Source of the DNA: Botryllus schlosseri
Lineage: Eukaryota
DNA length: 60,000 nt
NCBI GenBank assembly: GCA_051294905.1
Contig: CM119371.1
Span: forward strand, 18,354,001-18,414,000
Direction: 5' to 3'
This document shows positions 12,191-25,459 of the stretch, one piece after another (the first letter of the stretch is position 1; every line of letters starts with the position of its first letter). The notes under the pieces were generated by a model. It saw only the letters and a program-made list of their open reading frames with translations, did no database searches and was not told the origin of the DNA. The position numbers and the translations under genes were made by a program.

Positions 12191-14986
12191 GGATATGATC
12201 GCAACATATATGGCACCAAAACTGAGAAATAGAGTATTTATTGAACATATAACGTCCAGACAACAATTTCTATCTATCTATCTTCGTGAAGTTATTCTGG
12301 AATAAGTTATCAGAGGAGAAATGGATTCCGTGGCGAGGTTTCAATCCCTTCATTGGGAGAAATCAGGAAACAAACTTGCCATTGGCAATTAAAAATAGTT
12401 TGGACAATAGGATATTTTGTATCAGACGACCATTCTAATGATGTGAGTCATGAAATTTTATGCTTTCTCTAATTAAAAGATACAAATTAGGTTATTAATC
12501 ATTTTTCACATTTTGAGGTTTCGCGGACCCTCAAAAAATGCTTCGCGGTGAGAAACTCCGAGAGTATAAGTTATAAAAACTTATAAGACATAAAAAAGGA
12601 AGGATTTAGAAATGAATGCTTCTATATTAATTACATGCTGCACACTGCACAGTGAATATTTTGAGCCGTGGTCCCACAATGAAACAATTTTGCATACCGT
12701 CGCTAATAATATGTTTGCGTATGTTCAACGATAATATGAAAGTCATTTATCAGTGAGCGTGGCATATAATTTTCGAAGTGAATTGGTAGAACTGTCGGAG
12801 TCGAAGGAAATATTCCTTAAATATTAAGCAATTGACTCTGCGACCCATACGTTAAGAATCGCTGACCTAAACAATTACGTGTCAGTGGAAGTAGGCTATA
12901 GATCAGAGGCGGGCAAAATAGGACCCGCGAGAGGATTTTGAGTGTCCCGCTGACAGTTTCAGGTCTTACATTATAATTGAGGCCCGCGGCCAAAGTCTGC
13001 CGCCACCCCACTACTTGCTTACTCTATCAAATTATAATGACGGCAGGTTATTCTTCAGTTCTTTGTGTTGTTCGTTTATGCGTCACTGAATGATTTCGAG
13101 TTGCCAAGCCTTGAAAGATGGCTACGAAACTTGTTCTGTTCGGGTCGACATTCATTTGCGAGCGAACATTTTCGACCATGAACATAAATAAGACAAACCT
13201 GCGTTCCAATCTAACTGACGTTCACTTGTAAACTTAACCAAGGGTTTCTACGTCCGACATGCAGTCAGAGATCGTGGAACCCGTTGATAACTTTGACCAC
13301 AGATATCTCCATGACTTCAACAGCTATTGAAGTTCATTACGTTAATAAATTCATTGAATACTGTTTTTGAACTGTATGCTTCAAATTAAAGTTAACATCA
13401 ACTACGATATATTACTTGTATGTATAGGCGCATAAATTCACGATTAATCCATCGATTCACTGATATGACTGTGACTCGTTAGGTACTTGAGTTTCCACGT
13501 AAGACCCGCCGACTGAAGAAGTTGCTATAGACATAATCAATTAAGTATGGTACAAATCAGTAAAACCTACTTGGATACTTCGAAAAGTACAAGTACATCG
13601 TTGATGACAGTGTTGGGATCAACTCACTCCCTTGACGGAAGTCACTCGATTTCTTTTGAGGTAAAAAAATCCACTCAGATCTACAGGTCAAGCTACGTCG
13701 TTTTCATAATCAAAGTCCAGCTCTCGCACGCAAACAAACGCATTGTCGCCATTCAGCTTGTATTATTAGAGTAACACCATGAGGGCATAGTAAAGGGAAA
13801 ATTCAGACACTGAATAAATAAAGTCTTTGTAAACGAAAAATTTATTGGTATGCGAATGGAAAAGCTACAACTTATTTCACAACATAGTTCGACAAAAATC
13901 GATGAATGTCACAACACATCTTCCCCTCGAACAAATGATGTGAATTCGGAGAAAAATTGCATCACACGTGAAGTGACGATTCTTCGTAGCAAATAATATG
14001 GTAGAGTAGAGTGAAAATAGTAACGGAGAATGCTACTTCTGACATGTAAAAAAAGAACATTGCCAACAAAGCCTCAACATTAGGGCGATTTTTTTGACAG
14101 GTCAAAAAAGTAAAAATTGTGTCGAAATTGTTGCGTTAGGTCAGAAAATATCAACATTTTGACAATGTCAAAAATTTTTTGCAACCTGCATGCACTTCGT
14201 TTGTATCGTAGATTTTGCTCGGCCTGTGAACTTATCATTTGACAGCTTGTAGCCTACTTTATAGGCCTACCGTTGTAGACGGCCCATTGTGAATCATAAA
14301 CATTCAAATGAAACAAATAGGTTGACAACGTACCGCAATATCCTACCTGAAGCAAGACTGCGTGGGAATTTCATGGTTCTTATATCAAGAAGCGCATGAT
14401 GGAAAATTGTGATGTAGACACCATTGCCAGAATTGAGCAACACGATGTGTCACCAGAAGTGTAGGCACAGCTAAGACAGATTCAGTGTTGGTAGCCAGCA
14501 ACTGCTGCTGCTGAACGTTCTCCATTCTTGGCAAGCTACTTAGCAAGGACAGACACTTTCTACCGGAGAATGTAGGAAAGTATCATTCGTTGTACTTCAA
14601 CAAATTTTAATTATATCTACCATAATACGGTAAGTAACTACTGAAATTCTTCATAGGGTCAGATTTCGGTGAAATAAAGCTTTTTTATGTAAAAATTTGT
14701 CACTTTTTGTGTCAAAAGTTTTTTCAGGTCAAACTACTTCGTAAGGACAGACAGTTCCAACCAGAAATGAAGATAGGCAGTATAATTCAAACATTATGTG
14801 GGAAAACACCTAATTCGCATACGTTACGGTAAAACTTCGGCGCGCAGACTCGTGGAAAATTAGAGGGATTAAAAGCTGAAGGTTTTTGGTCGTGCAGAAA
14901 ATCATTTACGGATAAGCTGACGGCTAAACACACAAAGCACAATGCTTCGGTGGGTGTGTACGCCCTTATATGTGTTGATTGTTACT

Positions 14987-15300
14987 TAGGGTTACCATAT
15001 TTTGGAATCGGTAATGGAAAATACTTTTTCAAAATTTTCAAACCTAGGGAAAATCTTCAAAGATGGTAAATTTTTCCGTTTCCGTGGTCGGATGACTAAA
15101 AGAAAAAGGTCAACTTTCACTCAGCTCCCGAGATACCCGCCTGAGCGTTAGTTCAGTGCTATTTCATGGTATCTCGGTCGAATTCTGTCCTATGTTTAAC
15201 CAAAATTATCAAAAAAGAGGACAAAATGTCAAAAAGGAGGACACTTACACGTCTTCGGAGGCATTTTCAAAAACATAAAGGAGGGCGTATGGCAACCCTA
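14987..15300. mobile_element. Family F-type hAT MITE
   Basis: TIRs tagggttaccata / tatggcaacccta; TSD ttgttact/ttgttagt (7/8). Relatives at 40919-41260 and ~53764-54115. Confidence 0.8.
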
Positions 15301-15969
15301 TTGTTAGTGCTTGTAGGTCATCGTTGCTTCAAACAACTCACTTCCAATCGTGTATTCGTGTCATAGCCTAATAAGAATTACCAGCCTGTGTCCGGATAAG
15401 GCGGAGAATAGTCCAAATTACCGCTAGTTTTCTATTTGTAATTTATACTCATGTTTCGTTCTCGAGCATTTTGGCCGAACACAGTGGCTGTCCGAATAGC
15501 GCAGATAAATGTGCTCAATTCAAGTGGATCAAGTCTTCTAAAATAATAGATGACAAACTACATGGCGATCATAAATTGTAGCGGGAGGCACATGACCAAA
15601 AGATGGCTGACAGAAACGCCATTACGAGACAAGCGATAGACTCCATTAACAACTAAACAGCAAGCCATCACCGTCATGATCATTGAAGCATAGCCGATTA
15701 GCCAATCAAGAGCCGCGATCTCGTGATTACTAGTCTTGTCGCCGTTCTATGGTCGCTGGAACGCCCATTCGTCGGCAGCTGCATTCATACGCTTTGCAAC
15801 AAATCTTAACGACTTTCCCGTGAGCTTATTTTAGGCTCATTGCTGTTTTTTTATCAATAATCTATTGAATGAGACATTGAAACCCATCATTTTTGAGATT
15901 TTCCAAAATTTGGACAAACCTAATGCATATCTACATATAGGAATCGTGATATTCTTTCCTACAAACACC

Positions 15970-16998
15970 TCAGTTACGATTTTTCACACCACTATGGATA
16001 TAAAAATGATTTTTCAAGTCTGATTTTCTACTGAACTTTTTCCCACAAACATCGCATTCATGATTTCTGATACCAGCATGAATATTAAGATGTTTAGTAA
16101 GGTTCGGTTTATAAGTAAATCCCCATCCACAAATACTACATTTGTGATTCTTGACACCTGCATGGATATCTAAATGAATCCGGAGACTCCACTTTTGACC
16201 GAATTCTCTCCCACAAACATCACATTTATAATTTTTGGTAACAGCAACTGCAGCAGGAGTACCAAGATGCCTCCTCAGGGAAGATCTTGAAGTAAATCCT
16301 TTCCCACAAACACCACAGATTATGTGATTATTGACACCAACGTGTCCGTCCATATGAATATTGAGAGATTGCTTTGTAATGAATTCTTTTCCACATACAA
16401 TGCAGCTATGGCTTTTGAGACCCACATGCATATCGATATGAATCTTGAGATTATTTCTATGACCATATTCTTTTCCACAGATTTCACATTTATATCTTTT
16501 GACACCAGCATGCATAGCCAAATGCTTCATGAGAGGTGACTTCTCAGCATATCCTTTCCCACAAATCGCACATTCATGTTTCTGGACACCAGCATGCATA
16601 TCCAAATGATTGTGCAGATACCACCTCTGAGCAAATCCTTTCCCACAAATTTCACATTTATGATTTTTCCCGTCAGTATGAGTGTCAAGATGCTTCTTCA
16701 AGTTAGATCTTGCAGTAAATACTTTCCCACAAACACCACAGCTATGATTGACACCGGCATGCCTATCAGTATGTACCTTCAGATTGCCTCTTCGAGCAAA
16801 TGCTTTCCCACAAATTTCACATTCATGATTTCTCACGCCAGTATGAGTATCTAAATGCCTCTTCAAGTCACGTTTTGCGGTAAATTCTTTTCCGCAAATA
16901 TCGCAATTCGAATTTTTGATGCAACTTTCAAATATACGTTGTTCACCGGCTGCATGCATCATCATATGCCTCGTCAAGCTGAATTTATATGAGAACTA
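15970..16998 (-). CDS. C2H2 zinc-finger protein (ZNF-1), finger-array exon; 5' structure unresolved, possibly degenerate
   Basis: 335-aa ORF with 11 CxxC...HxxxH-type fingers (one ends HLGTP, lacking the last His), preceded by a half finger (FSYKFSLTRHMMMH). An in-frame TAG (possible splice acceptor) lies just upstream, near 17000. Confidence 0.85.
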
Positions 16999-17179
16999 TG
17001 AGCAGCAATTGTCTCATTGATGAAGTGTCACTATGAAGGCTCACAACATGCGACTCAGTGTCTGGCTTTTCAGAAAATTCTTTCCATGAACACGCGACAG
17101 GGTTTTGATGACACTGCAAGTTGATGTTAAAGTCCAAGATGTAGTGTGACGGTTGTGCAACGAACAGGTATTTTGTATT

Positions 17180-17380
17180 CCATTTGAAAGATACACGAGT
17201 TTCGTATAAAATCAGAATGAAGGTAATCTAAAATGCAGCACAGTTTGATTTTGGTGTAAAATTTCATGGTAAAGCAATGTCCATTTGAAATATACACGAG
17301 TTTCGTATAAAATCAGAATGAAGGTAATCTAAAATGCAGCACAGTTTGATTTTGGTGTAAAATTTCATGGTAAAGCAATG
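17180..17380. repeat. 101-bp tandem duplication upstream of ZNF-1
   Basis: ccatttgaaa...gtaaagcaatg repeats at 17180 and 17281, nearly identical. Confidence 0.9.
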
Positions 17381-18478
17381 GAAATCAGAATGACCAGGAA
17401 AGTCTGTCGATAACACATTCATCTCGAGCAACGAAGCACACCAACAGTTAAAAATGGATACACCAGAAAGAAGTATTTGTCCGCAATTTCCGACAATACA
17501 GGACCTTATGTCAGTTTTTGATTTTATATCGAATCACATTAGCTTGCAAGTAGAAATAGCTGTCATATCTTGGTGAATGTATCCAGTAACTGATGACAAC
17601 AAGACACCAGGAGATACCGGGCCGACATCCGTTCTTTTAAAGGTGGCAGTTGGCAAGCTACCGGTAAACAGAAATTTAAACTACACCGAGGAGTCTTCGC
17701 CAGCTATACTGAGGGAATAAATAAGGTTGGATCTTGAAGATTTAGTTTTGATATCTCTAACACAGTCAATGATTTAATTAGAGATAGTCGCAGTTATCAA
17801 TCCTCTGGAACTAACAAACACACGCACACATAAATTAGCTGTAACAAGCAAATAAACATCTCAGTGGTTCTCAACCAGGCAAATCATTTTCAGGGGGCCT
17901 GGAAAACCACGAAATTTGCAAGATGAATAATGAAGCGAAATTCGAACAGAAACTCCAGCCACAAGCTCTTATATAGTAAAGCGAAGTAGATCTATATTCA
18001 GTGGGTAGGAATAGTAGGGGCACGAGAGACCTGAATTCAAGAGAAACTGGTCCAGATATGGGGATCCGGGAATAATTTTCGCTCCGATTCTGGTCATGGT
18101 GAAGAGGTGAGGTAGAACGTTGTGAGTTTCATTAAAGAAAAATGTAACTGCATTGCATAACAACAAGAGTAACAAGAGTAGCATTAAAACAGGAAGCGGA
18201 AAACAGGGCTGGGCAAAATGATTGGAATGCCAGTACTGGAATCTGCATCGAGTATTAATTCTATTGATTCGAGTCATGAGAGATGATTTCTCAGAGTACC
18301 AGAACTATACACTCCATGCCACCAAGAGTTAACTTATCAACAAGAATTATAATTTCGATACTATTTACCACTGCTGAAGTCTGCAGTATACAGAACATCC
18401 AGTAGCTTACAAAGCCACGCACGTTGGTGGAAATACCATCGTGATGAACCTACAGCATCAGAATTGTACAATCTACTG

Positions 18479-19429
18479 CAGTTGTTCTCTGTCTGGGGGG
18501 AGCGTGAAAGCATACGAACGGGAGTGCGAAGCTGCGGTCAACTGAATTATTTTTTTGCGCTATGCGCGATTCACCTTCAAATCATATTTATTGCTCTGTC
18601 CTGTGCATACCGTAATTTTCCGAATTTAGTGCGCTCCCATGTATAATACGCACCCTTAAAATGGCGTGTAAACTCAGGGAAAAAGCCTGCACCCATGTAT
18701 AGTACGCACCCTGCATTCGAATTACATGAATAGTTGTGTTTTAGCATACGATGTCATTCTGTTTTGCGATGTCACTGCTGAACAATCATGTCATAACGAT
18801 CGCTAATCATAATACAATTAACGGCATTGTCCCTAAACGATAGTAGATAGCAGCCAAAGCCGGCGACGCAATAGTGCGCACATGTCCTATTGTGTATGCG
18901 ATAGGTTAAGGCCCGTCGTTGACGCGATAAATTAGCAAGGATTGCCGCGCGCGCTTGTAGCGATCAACAATATAATTTCGCTCGCGTACAAACGGCAAAC
19001 TAACTCATCAGGAGATCGCGTGCTGTGCAGACGACTCTCGTTAATTGGCAGCAATTTACACTCTACAATACGATTTACTGGGCATGACAGCTGGAAGTGA
19101 TGCGCGATTGAAAACAAACATGAAAAAATGTCTGATTTCAAGTTTATCGAGGGAGATTTTTCAAGGCTTGTTGTACCCATGTATAATACGCACCCCCCTA
19201 TTTTAGAGCAAAAATTCGGTAAAATTTTGCGCATTATACCTGGAAAATTACGGTAGTCCTAATTTCATTATGAGATTCCTTTCATCAACAGTCATAACCT
19301 TCCATGCCATCGAACGATCTGTTGGGATTGTTAGCATTCAGGTTATATTTTGTGATATGACGATAAGGGGTGCGTGAAATTGTTCACTATCATAAAGGGG
19401 GCGTATTTTAAAAAGTTTGAGAACCACTG
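18479..19429. mobile_element. hAT MITE, family H, with a nested pogo-like element
   Basis: Termini cagttgttctc / gagaaccactg; perfect TSD atctactg; second copy at 38291-39360. Confidence 0.85.
18610..19253. mobile_element. Tc1/mariner (pogo/Tigger-like) MITE
   Basis: TA|ccgtaattttcc ... ggaaaattacgg|TA; degenerate copy at ~43895-44325. Confidence 0.8.
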
Positions 19430-21510
19430 ATCTACTGGATTTTCAAAAAGAGTAACTATAACTAGAATTACCCACATTTATAATCCACAGCCATAACTAG
19501 AACTAGAGCTATTCATTTTTCAAAACCTGTAACTAGAACTAAAACTAGAACATTTAAAAATGATACATCGTAGAATTTAGCACCAACTTTTGACTTGGCC
19601 TGCCAACGTATTTCCTGCGTCTCATTCCCAGAAAAAATATTGATCACACCTCTGACATCGGGGTTCCCAAGTTATCAAATGTTAAAAACCATTCTGAACT
19701 GGATTTCATTCTCCTGGGCAACACATCAATTTTTATTTTCAAATTTATATCTGACATAGATTCGACATTTCAAAAGGACGGGGTTTCGAGTTTGAAATGG
19801 GAGAGATTTCGACCCCAAAAACCCACCAACTGGCTATGTCACTGTTAGCAGTGATGACTCCAAGCTAGTAATGGCTGCAGATTGTGCAGAAACATCACTC
19901 AACAGAAAACCGGTATCTGGATTCATGCAAAACAACGACGCGTGCTTTCTAGTTGCTCGGCGACCAAGATTTTTTCCAATGTGAAACTAAAACTAGAATT
20001 ATCGAATTTTCAATATCCGCAAGCAAAACTAAAAGTTATTTGCCCGTACAAGTCTGTACAACAGCATTGTCATGAAATGCAATGGAATAGGTATACAGTT
20101 GAAAAAATAAGAAATTATGTTTAACGTGATGTAGAACTGGCATTTAATGCTTTATGGTAGCATAACAGGTACATATTAGAACGTAATACATCATCCATGC
20201 TGCACACTGCACACCAGTAAGCTATAAGAAGAAAATATATTAATATTTCCAGCAGTCTAGCTGTTGCAGATTAGTACAGTTCTCAGATGGCATAGTACCA
20301 TGCATGAAAGTATCGTCATGAAAATTGACGATACTTTCGGAGCTCTATAATATCCGACACCGTTATTTCTCTCACGTGAATTATGAAGCATTTACTTTTT
20401 ATACAATATTGAATTATTGATGCATTATTTTCATAATAATATTATAGCAATTACATTTCTAACGCCGAATACACCAAGTTCCGAATTTACTGGTAGCCGT
20501 TTGGATGTATAAGATGCGAATCAGAAACAAACATCCATATCTACCTTGCTTTGTTGAACTTATAGCAGGAAGACTAGAATATTTGGTGGGCTTGACTGTA
20601 CAAAATATTTCATGTTATCGGGTATTTATCTGCAAAACCGCACACCGACAACCAAGTAAACAGTCCCCCACAAAAACAGTACACAATGCAGACGCGGCGC
20701 GGCCTCCCAAGCCACGCAAGAGTCACGACCTCCGGTTAACCGCAAGAAATTACGGGGTCGCAAATTACAGCCCGCGTCTCATACAATATTCATAACTCGC
20801 GCCGACAATTCCCCGTCTCGAAAACGACACAAGATCGCGCATGAGGTAAGGCTTTCGCCAATATTATTCTAGTAAAGATGTTATGCGCGCATCAGAGATT
20901 ACGATGTCAGGGACTTGAAAAAACGGATCCGGAGATTTTTGTCGGTTTCGCAGAAAACGGATTTGGAGATTTCCGCCAAACTGGGAATGTATTTGAAGAA
21001 GAAGACGAAGTTTGGGATTTTACCCAGGTTCGGCTCGAATTTTTTTATTCACGACTAGGACTTGAACAGGGAATTTCCGTGCGTTTACAGTTTGCACGTG
21101 ATTTATTCGTCTTATTGCCGGATTTCAACTTGAATGGCAGGGTGAAATCATGGCTTTGCATCTTAAACGAGCGAACGCGCTCATCTTCCAACCGCGGTCG
21201 GGCCCCAGACATGGACAAGATAATTCTGTTTGGTATGGTATGTATATCATGCGTTGCTAGGCTACATTACTCATATGAGTCGGGGTATATGCAGAAAAAA
21301 ACATGAAGGACAAAAATACAAACGTCCTATTCCTATTGCTAGTTACCCAGACACTAATTTGTGCGAATGCCGGTAATCTAACTTCTATCGAATCCGTGAA
21401 ATGTTTCTATGCTATCATTTCAATTCTAATCTAATTTCCGTTTTGAAAATGCTACAAGATAACTATATCATGCGGAACGAATCAAGCTTGGCGTGCAGAC
21501 ATTTTCAATG

Positions 21511-22339
21511 GGGTCCATCAAACACTAGGTGTCGCCAGACTTGGGTGTTAACCTATAGATAACTAACCTACGGATAGATGGGCAACACGTGACTCACGGT
21601 CGAGTGATGCGACAACGGCAGATTTGTTGTCGCTATACATACCATGAAACGGGAGCGTAATTGCTAATCCCATAGATGACGACCCGAGCGCTCAAATTAA
21701 ATAAAGTTGATCTTATTTGAAAGCTACAGTAGCACTGATTCTGATAATATACATTAAATTTTCATCAAGGCAATGGAACCACTCCGAAATAGCCTTCAAA
21801 ATATGAAAATCGGCATTGTTCTACACAATCGCAACCACGCACGGACCGTTGTTATGGTCATTGTGCTGCGCCGTTGCAATTGTTTAGAACAATGCCGATT
21901 TTCAGACTTTGAAGGCTATTTCGGGGTGGTTCCATTGCCTTGATCAAAGCTTATGTATATCATCAGAATCAGCGCGACTGTAGCTTTCAAATAATATCAA
22001 CTTTATTTAATTTGAGCGCTCGGATCGTTATCTATGGGCTTCGCAATTACGCTCCCGTTTCATGCTATGAAGCGACAACAAATCTGCCGTTGTCGCATCA
22101 CTCGACCGTGAGACCGCGAGTCACGTGCCCATCTATCCGTAGGTTAGTTATCTATAGTTAACCGCCGTTGTTCCGAAGTTTTAATTCATCCATTAACGAG
22201 CTCACGGTCCAAATAGAGCAGGTTGTAGCCATTATTTACAGTCGGAAAGCAGCCTACAGGTATCTGACAACGGTATCGCGTACGTAACAGCTGCGGTTAC
22301 CACTCAAAGTCTGGCGACGCCTAGTGGTTTGATGGACCC
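21511..22339. mobile_element. MITE with GGGTCCATCAAA TIRs (possibly PIF/Harbinger-like), left TIR interrupted
   Basis: gggtccatcaaacactaggtgtcgccagactt versus aagtctggcgacgcctagtggtttgatggaccc. Confidence 0.7.
21552..22157. mobile_element. Palindromic MITE in a TTAA site (piggyBac-like)
   Basis: TTAA on both flanks; ~290-bp inverted arms centred near 21850. Confidence 0.8.
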
Positions 22340-23255
22340 TATTCTCATGCCTGACAGAACAAACTCCGGTTTGATATGAACTGAACCAGAATTTGGTTGT
22401 ATTTCTTTCCAATCCAGAATTTAATTCAATTTCAAAGTTTTCGCGAATTCAGTATTTCTAACTCTAATCCACTGCGGGAAATCTCACTATTTTCTATTTG
22501 CGCAAGTCTGACTGGAGACCCGAATTATCTCCCCAGCCGCACAGGTGGCTTGCAAAACTTCCTCCGCCATCGATCAAGCTCCACCAGTCGATTATTTGTA
22601 GGAGTTTCGCGGCGCGTTCGAACTAAATACGGCATTGGCTGTCTATAAGATGAAGACAAAACTGTTTTCGGCGAAGCCCTAACCACACAGCGGGATCGTA
22701 ACGCACAGTGAGTCAACACGATTGCGAAGTTGCTCCACGATCAATAAATCAGATTACGGCGCGCTGCGAAACGATAATCGTTGGGGTAGACTATCGCTCC
22801 CCCATGAATATGCATGCGAACGCGGGACCACAGCAAAGGAATGATGCAATCTCTGCAAGCTACGCCAATCGATACGAACAATAAAGTCTCGACCATCGCA
22901 GATTGCAATCCGTGTGCGTGGTAGTGACGAGTTGGATGTAGATTTGAATATTTAACCCGGATTCCGATTTGCGATTATTTTTTTAATCCAATAGTATATT
23001 CATAATGAAATAAACCGGATATTTTCGGCTGACACTTGTCAGGGGTAATCGTCAGCAACTAGTAGAGAATTGGAAGGAGCATTGTATGTCAACAATCGTG
23101 TTACAAAATATGACGTCACCAGCATGAAATATCGAATCGCCGGGGCGAAGAGAGTGCTTGAGCTCAATGTACTATTGTTAGATGGCACACAAACTTCTTA
23201 TGTAGGCACCCAAATGAAAGTGTCAATGAAGCTGAGCTCAGGGTGTCCGGCCAAT

Positions 23256-23600
23256 ACCGTTAATACCATTACCGAGAATGTCATTACCGAGAATGGACAC
23301 CACCGATAATGGACATACCGAGAATGGACACCACAGAGAATGGACATTACCGAAAATGCAATATATGCAATGCAGGCGTATTATGCATGTGTACAGGTCG
23401 TGTGAATGTGCATTTGTGCATGTGCATCAAGGCGTTGCCACGTTCGGTGTTAGTTCTCAGTTCGAAATTTCGACGACGTCCGTCCCAGTAAGTTAGATTT
23501 TCGGCATTGGCTATTCTGGGTAATGTCCATTCTCGGTGGTGTCCATTCTCGGTAATGCCCATTCTCGGTAATGGTTTTCTCGGTATTAGTATGGAACCGT
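23256..23600. repeat. MITE-like element with inverted arrays of ~17-18 bp ACCGAGAATGGACA units
   Basis: Direct repeats at 23265-23355 and their reverse complement at 23510-23590. Confidence 0.7.
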
Positions 23601-25314
23601 ATCGGTCGGGCTCTAGTTATAAACTCTCTTGGGTTAGTTGATTTGCTGCCAAGAGCCAACAGTCTCTCTACTCCAACATATCGGAAACGAGAGGATTTAT
23701 TGTTTGCAAATCCGGTTCTATACCAATACCGAGAAAACCATAAGGTGCAATCTACCTCAAAAGGCGCATTTTAAAACTTCAGACCATTTATTTCAACGGA
23801 TTTACAGTCAATGTCATACCGAACATGACATAAACTAGAAATGCTACATCTGGACACCTCGAAAGTGTAAGGGCAAGCTATATGAAATAGATCAATATTC
23901 CCCGACTATAGCGGTCAAGGAGTAAGCCTATATAGTTTTCTGACTTCCTATCGTCGTGTTGTGACGTCACGACAATTGCCGATATTTTTTCACCTCCAAA
24001 GGCCGATACCGATAATTCTTTTGAAGTGTAGAATCGACTCGATATCATCGGCGAACCGATATATAGTAATCAATCGTGCTCTATTTACAACACTATACCA
24101 CATAGTATAACGCTTATGCATAAAACCTGCATCTATCACGCTCCAGACAAATTGATAATCCTGAACCGATAGCTATCAACTGCTATACTAGTAGACACTA
24201 GACAGCCACCGAGGTTGAACACGCCAGGCTGTTACCAAGCTTCAGAGGCAATATAGGTATTACTCATTTCCTGCCGAAAACGGCGCAGTACTCCGCTGCG
24301 TGCCAAAGATACTTTTTTCGCTAAACCTTCAACATGACGCCAGCTTAGCATTATGCTCGTAGGAGTAAGTATCACCGCTATCGAATTACGTAACTTGACC
24401 CCGAATCGGAAAACTTACGACACCCTTCGCAACATGGTACCAAGCGGCGCTGTTTCATGCCTCGCCGCAACGCGCGTATACATACAGTACGAACTAACTA
24501 AACATCAAATAGGCTTGTAATCGCTGCAGTCGACCGACAATGTTTTCCCATTAAATGCACGGCAAACCGGCTCAGCGCGCTGAGTCAGGCGAGATCGATC
24601 TTCCAAACCCGGGTGCGGGCAGGTATTGAGCAGAGATGGTCAAAGTAGTCAGAGTTGCTGCTCAGGTAGACAGAGAAGTACCGCCACGAATTTCTATACT
24701 TAATTACAAATTGAAGTGAAAATTTCCAATACATATCAAAACTATAACACAAGTACCCAGTTTAAAAAAGTAGACTGGATCGAAAGATAGCACTCTTTTA
24801 GCAGCTAATCGGTGTGGCCTATTCGAAATTGCACAACGTGTCTTGGCGATTAACGAGAAATCACTACTGGCACTTCCAATACGTACATTCGGGGCCTACG
24901 TTATCGTAGCCACCGGTACATTATTCGAAGATATATCCAATTAGAGTTACTATGATACAGGGACTATTACTCACGATTCTAATCACAATATCACGAATGA
25001 AAACGACGCGAACTTATCGCAAAACTACGTTGCATTTGTCATACCTCAAAGTGCACAATGAAAGCAGTACCGACGACATACTGTCCTAGTAGAGGTTGAA
25101 GTATAGTCTTCATACATAACCACTTGAGCTATGGCAATAGCTTCTGCCCCGGTATCACGGGAACAGAACAGCTTTAGCAAGCTTCGACTATTTGCAGTGT
25201 CATGAGTGATTTTCCGTTCGTGGAAATGTATCAAGGAATTTCCGAAGTAGCTACCTTCTAGTACATGCTAAAAATCTGTCAACAGATCCTTTTCTGTAAC
25301 CTACTTTGCCTACT

Positions 25315-25459
25315 CGAGCAAGATAGTGTAATGGTGATGCGTCCGGCTTCCTGGTCGGTTGGTCGTTGGTTCGATCCCCGGCCGGGTCGCTCCAAAGCTT
25401 CGGAAACTGATATCCGCCGCTATCCCGTTCGGCGGTCAGCATGCAGGGATAGCATAGAG
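25315..25459 (+). mobile_element. tRNA-derived SINE, 5' part (probably continuing at 27156-27200 after a hAT insertion)
   Basis: A-box TAGTGTAATGG at 25324-25334 and B-box GGTTCGATCC at 25368-25377. Confidence 0.7.

Larger units (their letters stand above)
10586..12560. mobile_element. Family E hAT copy with a nested insertion
   Basis: Colinear with 5366-6182 once 10950-12190 is removed. Confidence 0.8.

Noticed and set aside
25315..25390. tRNA gene
   Set aside because: A and B boxes are present, but I could not build a convincing cloverleaf, there is no oligo-T terminator, and a SINE-like body follows.
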